From: a virus
Taxonomy: Duplodnaviria > Caudoviricetes
Virus record (IMG/VR): IMGVR_UViG_3300032243_000867
Span: 192,001 to 256,000 of that record
Strand: one strand, 5' to 3'
Length of the DNA stretch: 64,000 nt
Position numbers and translations under genes: made by a program. The notes under the pieces were generated by a model that had not been told where the DNA came from, searched no databases, and worked only from the letters and a program-made list of their open reading frames with translations. Shown here piece after piece: positions 59,856 through 64,000 of this stretch. The stretch's first letter is position 1; the number at the start of each line of letters is the position of its first letter.

Positions 59856-60242
59856 TCACATTTCTGTAGGCCCATGCAGGAACCACGGGGTGAGGGCCGG
59901 GACGTACTCGACCTTGGGGTGTGGGGGCTCCGAGCCCGTGCGCTTCTTGACTTTGGCGAGCACGTCTTCAAGGGACCGCCCGACGTGGACGAAATCGTCC
60001 AAGGGCCACACGAGGTGGTCGCCGTAGTGCCAAGCGGTGCCCGCGCGCACGGGGACCATCACCTTCTTCGCCCCCGGTTGGCACTCCGCGAGGTTCCACG
60101 GAGACACCTGTCCCATGCGCTTTCCCCCGCCGGGTTCGGCCCATGCGGGGCAGTAGGGGCACGTCCAGAAATCTGTGTTCTTGTAGAGCTTTTCACAGGG
60201 AGTGCCACACAACGGGCACGTCCAGAAATGATCGCAGTTCAT
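59856..60242 (-). CDS. Double zinc-ribbon small protein
   Basis: FWTCPLC..FWTCPYC. Confidence 0.6.
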   Translation of the reverse strand: MNCDHFWTCPLCGTPCEKLYKNTDFWTCPYCPAWAEPGGGKRMGQVSPWNLAECQPGAKKVMVPVRAGTAWHYGDHLVWPLDDFVHVGRSLEDVLAKVKKRTGSEPPHPKVEYVPALTPWFLHGPTEM

Positions 60243-60457
60243 AGGCCAACTTTCGACGGGTCACGGGGTTCCCTTCCCCGAAGGGCGCACCGAAACCCGG
60301 CATCGTCGAGACGGCACGCAGGCCCGTACGTGTCGCGAGACGCGGCGCGCACCCTCGACGGTACGTTGCTGTACCAACCGCCGCCGCGTTGGACGCGAAG
60401 GCGGGTGTCGGTCGGGTTTGTTTCGTAGGGAGCGGGGGTCTTTCGTGATCTTGCCAT
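60239..60457 (-). CDS. Mini CLec/FGE variable-region protein A, 72 aa
   Basis: RVQRGGGW..PSRVRAASR..GFRCA; GGGCGTAAC upstream. Confidence 0.75.
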   Translation of the reverse strand: MARSRKTPAPYETNPTDTRLRVQRGGGWYSNVPSRVRAASRDTYGPACRLDDAGFRCALRGREPRDPSKVGL

Positions 60458-60506
60458 ACCCCCGTTACGCCCTACAGGTCTTCGGGGTCTTCCAACATCG
60501 CCCCCG

Positions 60507-60950
60507 TCAGAACGTCGCACGTCGCACGTTGGCGAAGGGTAGATTCGTGAGGTCGGCCTCTACGCGGGGAGAGTACTCGGTGGAACCGCAGAAGGGGCAG
60601 GGCTCGCCCGTGTCATGGGCGACATGGTGACACTGCGCGCAGAAGTGCTCCGTGATGCACCCCTCGTCGTCGCACGCATAACACCGCTGTCCCACCGTGT
60701 GGATGTACGTCCGGGTGGCGATAGCGCCGCACTCGCCGCACTTGGGGAGGTGCTGGCGCAGCAAGGAATCCATCGCCTCGACACGGCGTACCAACTCCCG
60801 TGCGATCTCCAAGATCTCCGGTCCCGAGGAGTCCACGGGCGCACCGAGGGCTTCACCGATGGCGATGATCTCGTCCAAGTGACGGGCGTCGTCCCGCAGG
60901 GCTTGTTCCAGCAGTTCTTCTTGGGGGGAGTGAATCCGTCGCGGGGTCAC
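60507..60950 (-). CDS. Multi-CxxC zinc-finger protein
   Basis: CGEC, CYAC, CAQC, CPFC. Confidence 0.65.
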   Translation of the reverse strand: MTPRRIHSPQEELLEQALRDDARHLDEIIAIGEALGAPVDSSGPEILEIARELVRRVEAMDSLLRQHLPKCGECGAIATRTYIHTVGQRCYACDDEGCITEHFCAQCHHVAHDTGEPCPFCGSTEYSPRVEADLTNLPFANVRRATF

Positions 60951-61300
60951 GGTTCACCCCGCTTGGCCCGCAGCTTGGCGCAGTGATCTTCCCACACCCT
61001 CGCGGACTCTTCGTCTGACAGGGGCTCTACTTCCACGGTCACCTTCACCCGCATCACCGGGAGGGCCTTGCGGGCGGTGAGTTCGCGGTACTCGTCCCTC
61101 AAGTCCTTGAAGTAGCCGTCCTCGTCCACCTCGTCCTCAAACGCCATAGGGGCCGACGCACGGACGGTTGAACCCCCTGCGTCGAGGACGAAGGCGCTGA
61201 TGCCCTTCATCACGGTCTCGTCGGTCCCGAGCCCGTAGATGTAGTTCTCCTCGTAGTCGGCCACGCACAGGGCGTGGCCCTCAAACTTGCTCGTGCCCAT
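60947..61300 (-). CDS. Acidic hypothetical protein
   Basis: Coupled to neighbouring genes. Confidence 0.55.
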   Translation of the reverse strand: MGTSKFEGHALCVADYEENYIYGLGTDETVMKGISAFVLDAGGSTVRASAPMAFEDEVDEDGYFKDLRDEYRELTARKALPVMRVKVTVEVEPLSDEESARVWEDHCAKLRAKRGEP

Positions 61301-61839
61301 CACTTCGCACGATACACAGAGAGCCCGTCGTGAATCCCCGACCACTGAGGAAGGCAGACGCACTGCTCCTCGCTCCAGTGCTCGTCGAGGATGCGATGGA
61401 ACTCGTCGTCGGCGGTGCAGCCCCCGGAGCCCTCACCGACGTACACGAGGGTGCTCCCGCCCGCCTCCATGAAGCGAAGGAGGCACTCCGTGCCCATCGG
61501 CGTGGCATACGGGGGCCACACCAACATGAGCGCGTGGTCCTTGTGCGCGCGGGTGATTACGTCGCACGTCCCCTCCGACACGGGGTGCCAGAGCTTGCCC
61601 GTGGCCCCATCAGAATGGTCTCCCGGTTCGCGGTCGTAGCACTCGACGGTGCCGCCCGCTTCGGCAATGAGGCTGGCCCAGTAGCCGTTCCCGGCCCCAA
61701 GCTCGATGACGGGTTTGCAGAGTCCGACGATGGTCGCGATGGCACGGTCGTCGGGGATCGCCCATGCGTACTCGGCCACGAGGGCGGCACGGGCACTCCA
61801 CCCTCGCTCCCGTTGGGCGCGGAGTTCGTAGGCGTTCAT
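61300..61839 (-). CDS. Class I SAM-dependent methyltransferase-like protein
   Basis: YAWAIP, VIELGAGNGYWA, LMLVWPP, LVYVGE..CT.D. Confidence 0.75.
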   Translation of the reverse strand: MNAYELRAQRERGWSARAALVAEYAWAIPDDRAIATIVGLCKPVIELGAGNGYWASLIAEAGGTVECYDREPGDHSDGATGKLWHPVSEGTCDVITRAHKDHALMLVWPPYATPMGTECLLRFMEAGGSTLVYVGEGSGGCTADDEFHRILDEHWSEEQCVCLPQWSGIHDGLSVYRAK

Positions 61840-62033
61840 GCACGCACCGCGTGACCTTTGCAGGGCTCGTTTGCCGCCGCTTGCCCCGGTTCTGTTGACA
61901 GGTAGTACAGGGTGTAGTGAGCCCCGCACTTCTCACAGCAGATACGGGTCGGGAGGCTGGACCCGCCGTGGAGCTCCAGCCCCGGCTTCACCCTCCAGAC
62001 GTGCGCCCCGTCGTCGATTTTGGACTCACTCAC
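61836..62033 (-). CDS. Small zinc-ribbon protein
   Basis: CEKC; coupled GTGA start. Confidence 0.5.
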   Translation of the reverse strand: MSESKIDDGAHVWRVKPGLELHGGSSLPTRICCEKCGAHYTLYYLSTEPGQAAANEPCKGHAVRA

Positions 62034-62221
62034 GGTTTTACTTTCCTCTCACATCCCACACGCGCGCACCGAAACCCCAGGTTGTCGAACCGGTACGTCG
62101 GACCGTCCCCGCGACGGTCCGCGACGCGCACCCTCGACGGATAGCTGACGCCCCAGCTACCGCCGTGGCTGAGGCGGTGAAGGGTGTCGGAGGTGGGTTG
62201 CTTGGTGGTGGGGGGGTTCAT
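62030..62221 (-). CDS. Mini CLec/FGE variable-region protein C, 63 aa
   Basis: RLSHGGSW..PSRVRVADR..LGFRCA. Confidence 0.75.
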   Translation of the reverse strand: MNPPTTKQPTSDTLHRLSHGGSWGVSYPSRVRVADRRGDGPTYRFDNLGFRCARVGCERKVKP

Positions 62222-62229
62222 ACGGGTAC

Positions 62230-62400
62230 TTACGCCCGGGGTTCCCTTCCCCGCAGCGCGCACCGAAAACCGAGGCTGCTGTCCCGGAGCGTCGGCCCGA
62301 TCCTGTTACGGAACGCGACGCGCACCCTCGACGGATCGCGGTCGTCCCAGCCACCGCCGCGGAAGACGCGGAGGCGGGTGTCGGTCTTGGACTCACTCAC
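62230..62400 (-). CDS. Mini CLec/FGE variable-region protein B, 56 aa
   Basis: RVFRGGGW..PSRVRVAFR..LGFRCA; GTGA-coupled. Confidence 0.75.
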   Translation of the reverse strand: MSESKTDTRLRVFRGGGWDDRDPSRVRVAFRNRIGPTLRDSSLGFRCALRGREPRA

Positions 62401-62828
62401 GGCTTCACCACGGGCCACGGCACGAGGTTGCCGTCCCAATCAATCGACCGCCAGTACCACACATGGAGTCGGGGGTTCTTTCGCTGGTAGGCGGCGTACT
62501 TCTTGGCCGTCTCGCCGCCCATCACCCGGCAACACGGGCCACCAGAGCGGTGGTCGAAGCTGACCAAGAAGTCCCCTCCGTTGTCGTCGTGCGCGTCCAC
62601 CTCCTCGTCGGTGGGGGGCACCGTGCGGTAGTCCTTCGCAGTGAGGGTGGCCTCTCGCAGCACCGTGCGGGCATCGAGCACCTCGATGCCCAAGAGCTTC
62701 CCGTCCGCGTCGTAGTCGATCACGAACGGGCCGTGGGTGTCCCGTCGCACGGACTCACTGGGACGGGTGCCGTCCGGGTTGACGTGCAGGTAGGCGGCGT
62801 TGGCTTCGGCGTCGTATGTGAGTCTCAT
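62397..62828 (-). CDS. DUF2283-domain protein with C-terminal extension
   Basis: MRLTYDAEANAAYL..VIDYDADGKLLGIEVLDA. Confidence 0.8.
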   Translation of the reverse strand: MRLTYDAEANAAYLHVNPDGTRPSESVRRDTHGPFVIDYDADGKLLGIEVLDARTVLREATLTAKDYRTVPPTDEEVDAHDDNGGDFLVSFDHRSGGPCCRVMGGETAKKYAAYQRKNPRLHVWYWRSIDWDGNLVPWPVVKP

Positions 62829-62852
62829 GGCTCTTTTAGAAGATACCGCGGG

Positions 62853-63014
62853 TCATCGCGGCATCTTTCCCGGTAGGTGCGTGCGAAAGCCCAGCGCACT
62901 GTTACATCCCGAGGGCACGCGCGAATGGCGAGCAGACGCGAGCACCCACGACGGATCGTCGTAGAGCCAAGGGCTACTGCGGAAGACGCGAAAGGCTTTG
63001 ACCGACGGCTTCAC
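62853..63014 (-). CDS. Mini CLec/FGE variable-region protein D, 53 aa (diverged; not in the ORF track)
   Basis: RVFRSSPWLYDDPSWVLASAR..SALGFRT; GTGA-coupled. Confidence 0.65.
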   Translation of the reverse strand: MKPSVKAFRVFRSSPWLYDDPSWVLASARHSRVPSGCNSALGFRTHLPGKMPR

Positions 63015-63520
63015 GGCTTCGCCCACGCCTCCGCGAGCACCTCCGCAGGGGCCACGTCACCGTGTCGGGTGGCGAGGTCCGTGGCCCACTCCATCACCAG
63101 ACGCGGGTAATCCCGTGCCTCGGTCCCGTAGGGGACCAGCACCGCCGGGATCACCCCCATCGGGTCGCCGCCGCACTCGCGCGCCGTGGGGTGATCGTAG
63201 GTATCGAACGCGGTGCGGGACGGGTCACCGGGCCACGGGATCTCCCCGGTCTTCGTCCACCCCCGCGCCACCAGCACCCGCCGCATCGCGTCGGGCGAGG
63301 TGGCCTTGAGGGAGTCCTTGTCGAGACCCGCGAGGGCACGAACCGCACGGAGCAACTGCCCCTGCCCCGCCGCCTCGTGACGGTAGAGGGCAGCTTGGGC
63401 GCGGTGTACCGTGGCTTCACAGTAACGGAGGTCACGGGGTGTCAGCTTCCCTTGGGCAAACAGTTCCGTGCCTTCCGCGAGGTCTTCGAGGGCTTGGGCG
63501 AGGGGGAGCTTCGGGTCCAT
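63011..63520 (-). CDS. Hypothetical protein
   Basis: ATG 7 nt after GGGCGTAAC. Confidence 0.65.
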   Translation of the reverse strand: MDPKLPLAQALEDLAEGTELFAQGKLTPRDLRYCEATVHRAQAALYRHEAAGQGQLLRAVRALAGLDKDSLKATSPDAMRRVLVARGWTKTGEIPWPGDPSRTAFDTYDHPTARECGGDPMGVIPAVLVPYGTEARDYPRLVMEWATDLATRHGDVAPAEVLAEAWAKP

Positions 63521-63702
63521 GCCCGACGTTACGCCCGTGGATGGGAGTCGTGACTGCGATTGAGGGTGGGACGTTCTACTACGAGAACGAACACGGGTCG
63601 GAAGTAGCTGGCGGTGACCCTACGGCATGGTGGCGATGAACTAGGGGGTCATCCGGCTGGCCCATGCCAACCCGGCGTTGCGACCGCACCTGTTGCCGTT
63701 GC

Positions 63703-63921
63703 TCACCCGTTGGTGAGCAGGGAGACCACGGCGGGACCGTGCTTCAGCGGGCACGTCTCCCATGCCCCGGTCGTGTACGGGTACACGCCGAAGAGAGCGC
63801 CCGTGAGGCGGCACTCTGGCGGGTGACCGTCGATGGCCACGGAGTCGTCGCGGAAGGGGCACGAGTTGCACCCTTCGACGGACACCCCCGTCACCGTCAC
63901 CGTAGGCACCTTGGGGGTCAC
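63703..63921 (-). CDS. Small Cys-rich protein
   Basis: CNSCPF..C..CPL. Confidence 0.55.
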   Translation of the reverse strand: MTPKVPTVTVTGVSVEGCNSCPFRDDSVAIDGHPPECRLTGALFGVYPYTTGAWETCPLKHGPAVVSLLTNG

Positions 63922-64000
63922 CGCAGCAGCTTCGCGGCTTGATCGAGGGTGACCTTGCCCGCTGCGAGAAGTCCCAGCGCCCAGTTCGTCCGGGCCGCGT

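Noticed and set aside
1326-63553. Many long opposite-strand or alternative-frame ORFs (e.g. 1326-2570 -, 7630-8658 -, 29430-30881 -, 41522-42403 +, 47720-49192 +, 58305-60428 +)
   Set aside because: They shadow real genes and are Arg/Gly/Val-rich without motifs, as expected from stop-codon scarcity at high GC3
58600-64000. Complete DGR (reverse transcriptase, template repeat, avd)
   Set aside because: I found no RT motifs and no AAC-rich template copy in the window; only VR-like targets are supported
1-64000. Stop-codon reassignment
   Set aside because: TAA, TAG and TGA all end well-supported genes, and very long ORFs are intact under the standard code; the single TAG at 63642 is better explained by a frameshift

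Overview
High-GC (roughly 65% by eye) segment of a very large tailed-phage genome (jumbo myovirus-like). No tRNA, rRNA or CRISPR array was seen. 1-38.7 kb is mostly + strand virion and baseplate genes: tail-collar protein, gp25-like wedge, 1121-aa baseplate-J-like protein, and 1880-, 1078- and 1170-aa structural proteins. Interspersed are probable head-packaged cargo proteins (Ntn-hydrolase/CCA-type nucleotidyltransferase fusion, RelA/SpoT-like protein, DUF4258-like and ParB-like proteins), two GIY-YIG/NUMOD3 homing endonucleases, a tnpA-less TnpB element, PIN-PhoH and tdk. 39-44 kb is a - strand DNA-metabolism block (ParB-like, H1-like, two methyltransferases, dcd, HTH proteins). 44-58.6 kb is a second, - strand structural block with a 3560-aa ORF. 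58.6-64 kb is a - strand array of small, translationally coupled accessory genes. Most notable: (1) four mini-genes made only of the DGR-type variable region of a C-type-lectin/FGE fold, with NNC codons at variable sites and no RT or template in the window; (2) a shared N-terminal leader LRxxLIRLAxxxPxxRxxxLPxL plus K/R-x-A and RVAxR[YF] boundary motifs on unrelated enzymes, suggesting an address-and-processing code for capsid cargo; (3) two classes of promoter-like motif (GGGCGTAA 6-7 nt before ATG, and a CTAT box); (4) a homing endonuclease that has duplicated the 5' end of its target gene. All family calls are from motif recognition by eye, not database searches.
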